Shown piece by piece: positions 13,153-25,955 of a stretch of DNA of 64,000 bases (its first letter is position 1; every line of letters begins with the position of its first letter). The stretch comes from Amoeboaphelidium protococcarum X5 (lineage: Eukaryota > Fungi > Aphelidiomycota). Below the pieces are notes generated by a model that was given only the letters and a program-made list of their open reading frames with translations, was not told where the DNA came from and ran no database searches. Made by a program: the position numbers and the translations under genes. The stretch lies in the NCBI GenBank assembly GCA_023515725.1, contig JALDTO010000213.1:248001-312000 (forward strand), given 5' to 3'.

Positions 13153-14565
13153 TCAGCCAAACAACTCTTCAATCGCACGCGTATCTTCTTGCACATGTTC
13201 CAGCCAGTAATCTTCGCTCACGTCCGCTTTTAGACGAGCATGAGAAAAGTCGACTAGCGTCACAATACAGGTGTCTGAATCCCAACATATATTTGACCTT
13301 CTGATATCGCAGTGCGCAACACCAAGAGTATGCATCTTGTCTCTTACATCTCGCAAACGCTACAATATACTCTCTTTGTGGCATAGAACGCCTTTATCAC
13401 TTATATTCAGTTTGACACCATGATACTCCATCAGTATTCCGTAAATAAATCCCATCATACAGAACGTCCCTACAACTTTAGTAATGCCATTACCTTGCAG
13501 ATCTTCCAGTTTCTCCAAGATAATAGCTTCATCTTTGAGATAATTGAATGGAAGTTCGTCCAAGTCGTAGCCCCTGCGCACTTTACCGCCATTAACAATC
13601 TTGCACACAATCTTGGAGGGAAGATAACGTTCACCCACAAATAAAACAGATGCAGACTCTCCGCCACCAAAGACACGTCCAAATTCTAATTCAGATGATT
13701 TTAAATGCGGAAAATCGTATCCAGCGGTCTTTGTGAAACTATCTTACAATGCTGACACCGTTCTTGAGGGTAATCTGGAAGGAGACGCGTAAAATACATC
13801 ATCACCTTTAATTCCGTGATAATAGAAGCCAGCTAATGCACCCAGTAATGTGAATGATTCCGTCTAAGATCTAAATACAGTCTTACTAATTTCAACTTTT
13901 GGCGGTTCATTCAAACTTCTAGATACTCTTTTGACGAACCAAGTCTTTTCATACGTAGTCAACATGCCATAGCGCAAATTATTAAAATACAAGTATCCAT
14001 ACAACTACTGGAATCCAAAAAACACTCCACGATCAGACGCTGAATCTGATCCTTCTTTGTAACGCGTAAGACTGGAATACAAATCGTCACATTCCATAAA
14101 CGCCTACAGCCAGAATGGTTTCACTTCAATTACAACTCTTGGATCTGATTTCGCAGACTATGAAGACTTACATGAAAACACCAAATCTGGATCTAGAGCA
14201 ACGCGTTATGGTTGTGCATGGTTAATTTTACACGCAAATCCTATGCTTCCAAATAAAAAGATAAGCGCCTCTTCAATGATGGCCAGACTCAATTGCAATT
14301 AATTCTCTGCCTCAACCTCATCAAACAGACCGCCCGCAAATGGATAGTTATAGTCTATAGATTGTTCATCGCATTGCTATTTGATATCAGCAATCAGTGT
14401 CTGAATCCACGCATTGAAATCATCCCACCTAGAAACATTAAATTCAATCTCGCGAGAGTCGGGACTATTAAACGGGATCGTTCTACATGGATCCTCTCCG
14501 ACTAACATTTATGGTAATTAAAAGCTGAATAATTCGTTCACAGACTTGATTATTGCGTTCGGCAT
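13153..14565 (-). CDS. PD-(D/E)xK nuclease + kinase fusion, copy 3 (~470 aa)
   Basis: Paralog. ATG 14565 to TGA 13153. The kinase half is nearly identical to copy 1. Confidence 0.75.
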
Positions 14566-14787
14566 ATTATGTTACGGTTTTACTATAGTTTTTACACCAC
14601 GCAATATGATCAAAAAGAGAGTTAGTGACGCGCGTGTGGATCTATCTTGGTTGTAATACTTTGTTATAATGCGATACAAAATGGAAGATTTTCTCTCTCT
14701 TCCATTTCTTCCTCTTTTATCTTGAAACAAACCTTTTAATTAGAAATAGTGTAGTAAATCAAGGAAGCGTAAATCTATAAAATTAAA

Positions 14788-16683
14788 ATGTTGCCATAAT
14801 TATCATATTTGTTGGGAGTCGTTGGCATATTTATGCTACCGCTGTTCAAGAAGGGAATTTACATTGATGAGAATGCTCTTCTGGTTGGCAATGTGGCACT
14901 TTAAACTGACCGTGATGAAGTGCTTAGTAAGTTTGTGGAGCACTATGACCATTTGCGATCTAAGGATTCCTACAATAGAACTCGGTACCTGAAAGCCATC
15001 GGTGAGAGGCATGAAGATTATGAATGTTTCCACAGCGCTGATGATAAAGTTTTGAGTATGAGAATCCCTGCCAAGCGGAGTGACGGTTCAGAGTCAATTG
15101 TCATCAGTGCATCGATTCAGGAAAATGCTTTTGGTGTTTCCGTAGCCTTGGCTCTTATAGAAGCTTTTCAAGATGCCACGTTTATGCAGAAGAATCTTGT
15201 TCTCATATTTTATCAACCTTAACTTGTTAATGATGACAGTTCATAGATTGAGTAAGTTTTACAGCGATCAAATTCCGTTGGTTCCTACCTGGCTCTGTAG
15301 TTTAGCGATTCTTTGGAATACAACATGCTGGATATAGATCATGTAGGTGCGAATGGTTTACTACCTAATATGGACATTATGAGTACTCTGCTCACACTTT
15401 CGCTATCTCATCTGTACATGCCAGTGAGATTAAATTTGAATGATTAGATGGTTAATTCCATTCCCAACCACGATACGAAGCTGTACGTTGGTAATATTTT
15501 GAAGATGTTTAGTTTTATGAAGCTGTAGTTCAAGTGTGGTATAGGTAATGTTAATGCGGTGATGAATTAGCGAAGAGCTGAAGGAGCCACTTTAATTGGT
15601 AGTACAGCCGACGGATATTCTTATGGTGTGTACTCGCAGCGCCAAGTCCTTAATCTTGTGGACATGTATTTGCGCAGTATGAATAATCTGCTCGAACGTT
15701 TGCATCATTCGTCTAATTTTTACATTATTATCGACGGGAGATGGTACATTCCGATGGGTGTGTACATTATTGTCATTGCATTGCTTAGTATTTCGCTATT
15801 GCTCTAATCCTGGCGTATCATCAAAAGACTGTTGGATGTTGAGATTCGCCGAAAGTTTGAGCTAAAGAATTACTGGGTGAACTTTACGGTTCAGTAAGTG
15901 GATATGTCGTTTGCTGTGTGGTTTATTAGTTTGAACTTTGCTTTCGGTTACCTTGTTTTTGCTCTTCCTACTCTATTGAAATGGGTTGGAATGGATTAGA
16001 AGGATTCACATTTACTTGCTATAATTACTGGAGCGTTATACTTTCTGACATTATGTGTTGATATCATCATTTTATCTCTCAAAAATCACATGGTGTCAAA
16101 ATGGTCTAAGGTCACTCAGGTTCAGCTAGTTTACTCTGGAGTATGTCTTATCGCCGCTATTGCGTTCACGTGCACCTCTATAATTAATTTTACTTTTGGC
16201 TTTGTGTCTCTGCTGTTATTCGGTTTGGCGTACTTGATTGTTGGTGCACTTATTGGTGGCGGCTCTGCTTCATCAACTTCAAGTAAAGTTGTTTAAATTA
16301 CGCCCGCATCAACTGTGCTCAAAGCATTCAGTAAAATTGTGAAACTGTCATCTGTGGCCCCTGTGATTATCCTACTTACCACTCCAGTGTTATTTATCGT
16401 GTTAGACCAACATTATTCAGATTAGAACTTGCAGTCACTGGCTGTGTGGATCGCTTAGCAATATTACGAAATTAAACTCGATGTTTTAGATCCATAGTAC
16501 TTGATGGAGTATGTGAAATCTGTGAACGCTTTACACATGATACGTCCTGCACTCTAACGCCTCGTTGCAGAGATTGGAGTAATTGTGTCAGCATACGAAA
16601 ATCATGGAATATGGTTATGGCCCTTATTTACAATGTTGTGGCTACCTCTGTCCTCAATCGCTGTTTCCCTCTCAGTTTCATGA
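14788..16683 (+). CDS. GAA1: GPI transamidase subunit Gaa1 (~631 aa)
   Basis: N-terminal TM followed by YIDENALL, then GANGLLPNMD and RSMNNLLERLHHS, with a multi-TM C-terminus. TGA 16681-16683. Confidence 0.9.
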
Positions 16684-16897
16684 ATTCTTTGTGATTATGA
16701 ATATTCAGTCAGTTCTAATTTCAAAAGTTGGTGTTCTTCACACTTGCTTGAATTTGTTGCTTCTTTGTTACATAGCTCAGACGCGCTTTCAGATTTTTTT
16801 CTTCTTCTTTTGTCTTTTATCTGTGACTGTTCTACAGTATTAGAGTTCAAGAAATCAATTAATAATTGCGTATTATTGTGATTGTTTCAACCATATC

Positions 16898-18880
16898 ATG
16901 ACTGTGGAAAGTAATGATGATAAAAGTAATAAATATGTGACTACATGCATTCTTCATCGAGCAAGGTTTTTACCACTGACGAGTGGCAGTAAAGCTACAA
17001 CTAATGATCGATAGCAGTTCTATATTAAGGCTATTCTGTTGGGTAAATCTATCACATCTCCTATTAAATTGGCTGATTATAATGGAATTGCTTAATTTGA
17101 TTTTGAATTTTAATGGTAGTTGAGTGCTGATAATTATACAACTGTCACATAGAAAGGCGTTGTGATGAGGTTAGTTTTGATGAAACGTTCGCTGACTACA
17201 AAGATGAAGGATGTTCAAGTTGGTTATTTGATTATTAATACTCGCCAATTCCCTGTATCTCAATAATGGTTCTAGTTATCTGGTGTTAAAAAGAATATAG
17301 CTGTCCCTGAATTACTTGTTACCATTTAATGTCAATTAGAGTAGATTTCTCAGAATATTGATGGCGAAGTAAAGGCAGATTCAGAGTAGGGAGATGATCC
17401 AAAGCCACAAGTTGTATAAGATGAAGAGCTTGAATATAACAAGCTGTAAGATGATTAGATTGATAGCCGCGGGGAGGATATCTTATAGAAAAGTCCTGTA
17501 CCATCCTCTGAAGTGGAGCTTCATCATTATAGAGTTTCGTATTATATCTCTTAGATTTACAATAATACTGGTCATGTTGGTCATTTTTACACTTATTATG
17601 TGTCCCCATTCTCGTATGAGGCTGTAATGTCTCTTCCCTCAGTAGAGATAAAATAAGCCTAAACTGCTATACTGGATGAGAATGTAAAGGCAGAGTCTAT
17701 GGAGTTCATTTATCCATCGTCTTTAGTTGATGAATATATAAAAAGTATATCTTTGCATGTTTATCTGTACACAAGAGATCCATAAGGCTATTAGAAAGAT
17801 TAATTGATCCAAAATGAGCTATCTGTGGATGGATCTGTGTTGATCTCTCTTTCCTCTATCGTCAATGCTGGAAGCTCTTGGGAAGTGGACTCTGAAAGTA
17901 CAACCTTTACTCGGACAGCTAATCAATGGTATGATATCGTGTAAAATGGTAAAGTAGTGGCGTCATTGAATGCGGTGATTTCTCTCGAAGATTTTGGAAT
18001 TGTTGATTAGATGTCTCCACACATTGCTGATTTTCAGAATGATGACGGAATTCTCGCTGACAATATAGACTATGAAATGCGAAATTCTGCAGTGAATGAT
18101 GTTGTTGATTAGAGTCGTGATAGATCAAAGGGAGAAGATGATGGATTGTATAATAATCCGATGGATTTGTACTTTAATGATTTGGAAAAGATCTGGCTTG
18201 ATGTTTTGTAGCGTCGAAAAGCTATGGATCAACACACTGCGCATTAGTTAGGTGAAATGCTTTAGACGCTTGAATAATTTACTGATACACTGGAGTTGAA
18301 ATGTGAAAAGAATTCTCAAGTGGCGAAGAAGGTGGAGTTATTCTAAAAGATGCTGAATGACGATCAGGCGTAGAATAGAAACGAGTTTGAATCTGAATTG
18401 TAATAGTTGAAGGCTGATTATGTTCATCAGTCAAAGATTAGAGATACCACTTTGAAGCAGGTACAAAATGAGTGCCGATTAATTGAGGTGTAAATCAAAG
18501 ATCTGGAGAAGTTGTTAAAGTAGTTGAACATGGAGATTGCTCAACAGTAGAAGGCTATTAGTTTGTCAAATGTGCCTCAGTTGCAACAGGAATTGTAGAT
18601 CAAGCAGGACAACTTGCGTCTATTAATGAAAGAGAAATCTGAATTATAAGCTGAGTTTAAAGCGCAGCAGCGGCAGTTGGACGAATTATCTTTTCTGGTA
18701 CATGATAAAGAAAATAGTCTGCAACTGAATTCTGATAAACATATGCGCGTAATGAATGTTCACAATCAGTTGGAATTGTTTAGCTAAGATCTATAACGAA
18801 GTCTTTCTCTGGTAGAACACGACTTATTTGATGTAGCTGAGCTCAGGAAGGAAGTTGATCGTCTATTTAAAACATCATGA
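16898..18880 (+). CDS. CEP120-like centriolar protein (C2 domains + coiled coil, ~660 aa)
   Basis: First C2 (FEFQWQL...VGYLIINTR...WFQL), second C2 (HHYRVSYYI...ISLEDFG, resembling CEP120 C2C) and a long Q/E/K coiled coil. ATG 16898, TGA 18878-18880. Confidence 0.6.
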
Positions 18881-19229
18881 TGATTGTATTAATCTGGTTA
18901 TTAACGTCTATAGGATCTTTCTTTCAATCTATACTATTATTTTAGTAGGCAAACGATTTATCTCGGCTCTGTTGTGATTTAGGGGCTCATTGTGATGACT
19001 TTACCTTTGGGATTACTATCGTAACAGCTCCATTGCCTTAGTTACGCTCAATTGAGATGACGCCACAACTTCAGCGGCGTTTGTTTCAACTGCAAACAAA
19101 CTCAATTGTTTTCACTCCTCACTTAACAATCATCATAATTGTAATAACAATGTCCATTGTCGGCGATATAGGTTGAAATTGTTCACTGCTTAATGATCAA
19201 GTATTCTCTGGTTAAGGCAATCGTTTGAT

Positions 19230-20100
19230 TGATGTAAAATCACATACTAGTATCAAATCCACACATGCGGTCATTACTGTTTATGGAAGATGTCGTTTTA
19301 ATATACCTCGACACTAGCAGTAAGAAACCGAACTAATTGGGGATCACGTCAATGACAAAATGAGATGCGCGTTCGATGTTCGTCTGGTCAATTGCATTGA
19401 TGAAATGCTTTTGTGTTGGGATGGGTAAATGAACGCGTAGTATGTGCCAAGTGGGAAAATTGGACAATACGTTACTAAGTATTGTTCCAAGTCTGATTCT
19501 TCTGTTGAAAATCCAGCCTTTGTAGTCGCTAACAATGTTGATACATAGTTACGATAATCATTTGCTGTGTATTTTCGACAAAGAACAGTTCATACCACAT
19601 ATCTAACGTATATTATGCTTGGCTACGGGACTGATTGTTGCACTCGGGATGTTGTATATATCCCTCCGTGTTTACAGTCTTACCAGTATGGTATACTGAG
19701 GCCGTTACATGTCCTAGAGTAACTTGAGGATGATAGTGATTAAATATATTACTACAGTAAAGTTGTAAAATATTTAAAAAGGCCACCACAATACCATCAC
19801 TTATCATACCCTGAGTTCTATAGGCGCGTAATAGTTACCCAACATCAAGATGGACATACAACTTACCGGGAGAGAAGAAGACCAGTTGCAGTACGCTCGT
19901 ATTATTTTTCAGTCTCTGCAGGAGAAAAATTTTACGAGTAAGCACTATTGTGGATGATTTCTCCCATCTATTAGTAAGCTGGCTATCCTGGAAATGACTA
20001 TCTCTCAAATTTGCATCCAAATAATAGGTTGGCATACATGGAAAATCATACAAATCATGATGTTGTACGCATTTACGCAAACATTAAAGACTCATTCGAG
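19230..20100 (+). mobile_element. Helitron Rep-domain remnant (frameshifted)
   Basis: YQIHTCGHYC / GRCRFNIP...LVNCIDEMLLCWDGQMNAQYV...QYVTKYCSK...KYLKRP...LSYPEFY...EKFYEQALL, typical of the Helitron Rep C-terminal region. Frameshift near 19280. Confidence 0.7.
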
Positions 20101-20199
20101 ATTGAAATCAACATAATATAAAGCAAGTATTAATTCATAATTCTATCTCGTTTTCATCATAATATAAATACACGCAATCGTCATTGCACAACAAATTCT

Positions 20200-21600
20200 A
20201 ACCATCAGACTATCCGAGCAAATGCCCATTCTAATGACTGGGAACTCTTGCAAACGCTGAATATGCCAACTCATGTCCAAACAGTGGAGACATGAGAATA
20301 ATTAATTCAGGCAGAGTTTGCGACTAAATTTTATGACAAGTAGCCGCATAACCTGGACTGATAGCAAACTAAATTCTTGTAAATCCAATAGGTGGATCTG
20401 TTCCGATAAACCTTGGAATTTCAACAATTTATCTAAGCTATGTATGCATCGAATTCAATACAAACACTAGCTACATTGCGCAATATTCGATGCAAGAACC
20501 CAAACATCCCATTTTTTATGTGTGACAATGCCCCAGATGGTTCGCAACAATCATAACCCTCATACCTTCAACCAATACAACATTGGCCTCCGGATCATAA
20601 GTGCAGCCACGGACTCTTTGTGCATCATCGCGTTCCAGATACTCCCAATCTTAAATATCAATTGCCGGTATGTTGACAGCATATCTATTGGGGTCGTTCA
20701 GCAGAACACCCAATCTGAAATTATTTATATCCTCGCACTACTGCACTGTGGGAGCAAGCACCATAAAACGTTGGTCGTAGTTAACAGATCGCATTTGCTG
20801 CAACATAGCAAAACAACGATCATTAATCATTCGCCTTCGCAAAAATCTCAAAAAGCATACATCATATCAGAATCATTACGATGTCTGATACTTTCCTTCA
20901 TCTCTACTACAGCCAATTGCCTGAAAGAACCATACATAACCATCCAAGTTCCAGAAGCATGATCAGGAGTTAATTCTGCAGCTTAGTCACAAGGGATTGG
21001 CGTTTTTACTTCACTTCAGCGAGTTCTAGCTCTTTGAGATACAGATGAGACGTGGATGGTAAATTCTTAACTTTCTTATAGAATTACTTCTCCGCTGCGT
21101 GGAGAGCATTAGAAAAAGTCTCCAAAAAACACAACATGCACACCGCCACAAAACGAATCACTCTGGTCAAAACAAACTTTCAACTTATTGTCCACCGCCA
21201 ACATAAGTTCAGCCTACAGCATACTGACTTTGTCAACGATCAACACAACGTTCGCAGCTCGCACGTCATCAGGAAGCCCAAGGTCAGATATCGATTACCC
21301 ATTGGAATGCCATACTTCTTCTCATGCAATCGTTTATCTTTTACTCTATCGAAATGTTTCATAAATAGTGTGGCCTTCGTCATTAATAGGCGTTAGACCT
21401 GTGGGAACACCAGCAACACATGTCAATCAATTAATACAGGTTATTCTTGGCATCTTTATCTTTAGAGCAGATACGACAACCTTGTTTCAACCTGTCCCCA
21501 ATACATCAAGAGTAATTATCAACAATCTGGGCAACTCGTAGCAGCATAAGCTGTTTTAATCCGAATCAGAAAACTTATTCAAATTACATCCATACTTCTA
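20200..21600 (-). mobile_element. Degenerate PIF1-family (Helitron) helicase pseudogene
   Basis: Decayed motifs in the expected order: GTG*, VPTG...GHTIYETF, LIVDKVSM, CGGVHVVFFGDFFQ, RIQFAISPGYAATCHKIQSQTL, LAYSAFARV. In-frame TGAs and frameshifts are present. Confidence 0.8.
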
Positions 21601-21963
21601 TTCTACGACACCGTAAGTGTAAAAATTAATAAAGTTTAAAACTACAAGACCTCTTCATCCTCATTGTTGTCCCTTTTTATGAACATAGTGGAGTGAAGAA
21701 GACGCTCAGTGTTATTTGTTTGCAGAATGTTTCTCCGATTGTTTCACTTAAATTAAATGACTGACTGAAACAGAGCGTTTCACCGCTGACGAATGTACAC
21801 GCACTGTGACCATAAAAATAACACAGAGAGTTTAATGAGGATCAACTGTCGATGATCGTCCATAAGCAAGAAGGCTTAGTTTTGATTGACCCCTAACTTC
21901 AATTCCTTCGTTCGCGTATTTAGCTTACTTCTGCAACAATATCAAATATTTTGTATCAGCACC

Positions 21964-24018
21964 ATGAGATAATTTATATTTATCATTTTCATCAGCTGGC
22001 TCTTGATGTCTGTTGCTGCTGGCGGCGGTTAGAAGAAGAAGCCTCGATAGAAGGCGCGAATCAACAATGCTCACTCTAAGAATGAGCATGACGACTTTAC
22101 TGCGATTTTGGCCCATGATGGAAGCCCCTAGTCAATGTATGACGCGCTGTTGAGGACTTTTGACGAATCGCAGATTGACATGGTCACATATTCAGAGAAG
22201 GTAGAGGAGGCATCTCTTTTTGTAACGCAGGTTTTGGAATCCTCGAAAGATCTGGTTGAAGATCTTGCTTTGCATCATGACGCGTTTGATCAATTTTTGG
22301 ATTGCTCCAACGTTGGCTCCGACGTGTAGCAGTCTAACGCTGTGCTCCGGAAACTGTTGCAAGATTATGCCACTATTAAGACCAGCGAGTACTTGTATGT
22401 CAAGACTGAGTCGATCATATACCTGAGCTTTTTCAGAGAGTATCTTGCTGTTCTGAAAGCTGGTCGCGTGTAAAAATTTCACGTATACAACATTGTGGCG
22501 AATCTTCATCGGCTCATCCTCCTAATGACCAATTCGATATTTGTGGAGATCAATATGGCTAGAGATAGATTGTTGGGATTAAAAAAGACATTGATCAAAG
22601 TTCATGGCTATAAATATAGATCGAAAATTTAGGACGAAAACTTATTGGCTCTGGAGCTCTCCACCTTGGAATTGTTAAAGCTGGAGGATATCGAGAAAAT
22701 CTTCTCCTAACTCGATCTGACACGCTCATCTTCTATCAATTCTGTGACGCAGATGGCGATTGCGGACATTCGCTCCAACCTATCGAAGTTTCCAGATTTT
22801 ACGCGCGCCATATCTCTCATAATGGATGTGGTCATAACTTACATGGGAGTATACAGCATCCTCATACCGACTGTCGCTGGTAATCAAGCGTTTCTGCACA
22901 TGCTATCAGAATGGCATAAAAGTCTACCTATACATAATCTTGCAAGTGTTCGGATGGATCATCGCAACAAAGTGAAAAGTAATTTACTATCTATGCTGAA
23001 TAATCCAGGCAATGAGGAGATATACGACCCATTTGAAGCGAAAGCTGACCACATTACTGATTTGTTCGCTATTGATCGTGTTTTCAAGATATGGAATGCT
23101 ATGGCTCAGCAGGAAGAGTACATCTAACTATGCTTTGCTCAAAGAAATCAATACTATCTACTCACAAGGCAGGAGTAAGCAGAGTGGTTAGCTTCTCAAT
23201 ATAAAGCTTATCGCTAGTTGATTGCTGATATTTATACTCACTTGTATCGATTCTACCGAGAGATTATGATCGGCGAATTTATTAGTTTGAAGCCAGGTGT
23301 ATACAGAAGTATACAGGTTTCCGATGATGATGCTAACTCTATATCTACTCAGGAAATTGGTCAGCTATCAGAGGCTTTAGAATAGTCTTTCTTGCTGGAT
23401 GAGAATGATGATGACAATGGTTAGTAGTAGGCACTTGCGAGTGAAGATGTGTAAATTAATCGCGATGAAGATGCACCAATTGCTCGTGATTATCCTGGTT
23501 ATGGAAATAAGAACGAAGATTTTGAAGTCGATTCATATCATTATAAGCCGGAAATTGGTTTAGAGAAGTAATCTGATTCCATTTTGAAAACCAACACTTA
23601 GCCACCAACTGACTCTGATGATATACCTTCGCGGAAGGATATATGTCGATCTCTGGAGCAGTATGGAAGATATCAGTTCAATGGATGTGATGAACTTTAA
23701 TCTAAAAGTATCCCACAAATATCAATTAAGAAGAACTAGATGAGAATACTTTGTCAGATCATGTACGGCGAGATTGAAGGTGGAAGCAATGTTTAATTTC
23801 TGGATTTTAAGAAACTCTTGGCGTAATTCGGAGCCTCGTTTACACCAAAAGGTGGAAGTATTGAGAGAATAGATATACCGTGGATTAGGAAGGACTTCAA
23901 GATCATTGATGGACCTCACAAGAGTACGACCAGGTTGGGCAGGAATGTGATCAAAGGCGCGCGCAATGTGCTCAACCATTTTCAGATACTTCCTGAATTC
24001 TTTACACCGGTATATTGA
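21964..24018 (+). CDS. Putative secreted effector with C-terminal HicA-like domain, divergent member (~684 aa)
   Basis: Signal peptide MRQFIFIIFISWLLMSVAA followed by GGGQKKKPRQKAR. C-terminus ILCQIMYGEIEGGSNVQFLDFKKLLAQFGASFTPKGGSIERIDIP...DGPHKSTTRLGRNVIKGARNVLNHFQILPEFF, homologous to the 45-52 kb paralogs. Confidence 0.75.
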
Positions 24019-24079
24019 TGATAAGTATTATCCTGATTAAGCGCATTATTGTTTGCAAAGGCTATTAAAGTGAATGAAC

Positions 24080-24140
24080 AATGTTTTCAGAACAAGTTTA
24101 ATATGAACATGAAATAAAATGTTTTCTGAACAAGTTTAAT
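24080..24140. repeat. 23-bp direct repeat, two copies, one mismatch
   Basis: aatgttttcagaacaagtttaat (24080-24102) and aatgttttctgaacaagtttaat (24118-24140). Confidence 0.9.
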
Positions 24141-24144
24141 GCAT

Positions 24145-25305
24145 TTAATGTAGTCCTAGGACCTTATACATGATTTTAGTCAATAAGCTTAGTAGTGGAA
24201 TGTAGACAATGAACAGGCGCACAGTATCCAGCACCCACAAGTAACCGTCTTGTTGAACATCCCAAACATTTGATCCCTTGCCATAGACGTTCTCATTGAT
24301 AACAAGATCTTTATATGCGCACTTCTCTTTACAATACGGACACATATCCTTCTTGCCAATAAGTAGCCATCCGCGAATACATGGCTCATGAAAGCTGTGT
24401 CTACATGACAATCTCACAGATGGTATCAGAAGAGATAAATCAGTGCCATATCCAGATGATTGATGTGAAGAAGGTGAATGCTGATGAGTAGTTTGAGGCG
24501 ACTATACGCCAACATCCGAGTCATTGACAGCATCACCACATAGAGCGCATACACCAGATCTGAGATGTTTAGCGGGAAATCCTTCAGTTACAAAGTATCC
24601 CACACCAGACGCCATAGTGGAGCTCAGCAAGTCAATCAGATCTCTAGCCAGTATACCAAAATATAGCGCGTAGAATAGAAATAACACCGCCGTCTCAAAG
24701 AACCAAGGATTTCTATTATCAACTCCTAGATCGTAAAGAGGATCAGAAGGACCGACATTACTATCTAGTGACTGTTCAGTACTCGTAGTATTGTTGCGTC
24801 CATTTACACCAACAACACCGGCACCACCGCCAAAAACGGGCAGCGAAGACAGACCAATAAAGTCAGCCATAAATAACACGTACCCGATAATACCAATTAG
24901 GTAGCAGATCTGGTAACAACGCTAGAACCATCTATAAACCAATCTGGGCGTGGTATGAGACAGCGGTCTTCTACTAGCCATCCAAGAAATGTACGCATTA
25001 CCCACAGTGAACAATAGCCATACCACCTCAAATCTATACGGAGGCTTTTACTAAGAGGGAGACTTCTAATTTGAATGAGGATCATTGGTCACCATCATAT
25101 TAGCTTACAAAGCGATCCCCATCGGTATAACCCATAAGGCCAGCAATTCAAATAATTTAAACGACTTGGCATTATACTTCTTCCAATACAAGACAACAAC
25201 TTATATAGCGCATGCGCAAAGAATCATAACCAAGAACATGGCATTGTGTTCGGCCATTGCATCGGCGGTACTTTAGTCTCCATGCTCCTTCTAGATATGA
25301 TCCAT
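24145..25305 (-). CDS. RNF121: RNF121/RNF175-like multi-TM RING-H2 E3 ligase (3' end ambiguous; possible 5' micro-exon at 25390-25396)
   Basis: TPRLVYRWF, LFYALYFGILARD, CALCG...LSCRHSFHEPCIRGWLLIGKKDMCPYCKEK and terminal LGLH. Homology ends at TAA 24145; the next in-frame TGA is at 23722. Confidence 0.85.
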
Positions 25306-25526
25306 CAAAGGACTTCTACATACTAAACATATTCGTTAGAAATTCGGAATCAGTTATTAAGATTGAATTGTCACATGAGAACAAAATACCTTTCATGGCT
25401 ATTATTGAGCTGATTCATTTCACTACTATTCTTTATACAAATCAGTCTTTTATTTTCAGTCCGTCGCGAGTGAAGAAGTAAAACGCTTCGATTAAAGGGA
25501 GAACTTGACTTCTTGATTGAGTAATC

Positions 25527-25955
25527 ATGAATAAACTTCGATCTTATTTTAATGCTAGATTCGCGTCTTTAGACAGGAGGACATCCTTGTAATATTTTAC
25601 ATCATTTGTAATACTCCACGAATTATCTGCTGTAATTCCGCTGCCTGTGATATATTATGGTTTTTGGGTGTATGAATTTGGGAACGGTTTGTCTGATGAA
25701 CAGGTGGTCGAGACACTGCACATACGGCAAGAATATCTGGACAAGGCGAGAAGAGTGTATCACAAGTATGTATCGAGTACAACTGAAGACTCTGGCAACA
25801 CTACTCAAAAAGACGTGTCACCTGTTATTGTACGAATGGCTGCATCCTACGCTGTGGTTAAGCTTTTGATGCCGGCTCGGTTGGCCTTGTCTGCGGTGCT
25901 CACACCGTAATTTACGCGTTCTGTTGTCGCTCCGATTTCGCGTCGCTTTCGATGA
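25527..25955 (+). CDS. MRX11: Mrx11-like (FLILHELTA family) mitochondrial protein (~142 aa)
   Basis: SFVILHELSAVIPL and AASYAVVKLLMPARLALSAVLTP motifs. ATG 25527, TGA 25953-25955. Confidence 0.75.

Larger units (their letters stand above)
7832..14730. repeat. Tandem array of three nuclease-kinase units, including shared flanks
   Basis: The downstream flank 'atagacaccct(g/a)aaa..tttatcagtatgagag' recurs at ~7836, ~9918 and ~13009. Spacer ~9600-9960 matches ~12730-13060. Upstream flank ~11494-11640 matches ~14566-14730. Confidence 0.85.

Noticed and set aside
24080-24140. CRISPR-like repeat-spacer
   Set aside because: Only two copies with a 15-bp spacer, no cas genes, and a eukaryotic context.
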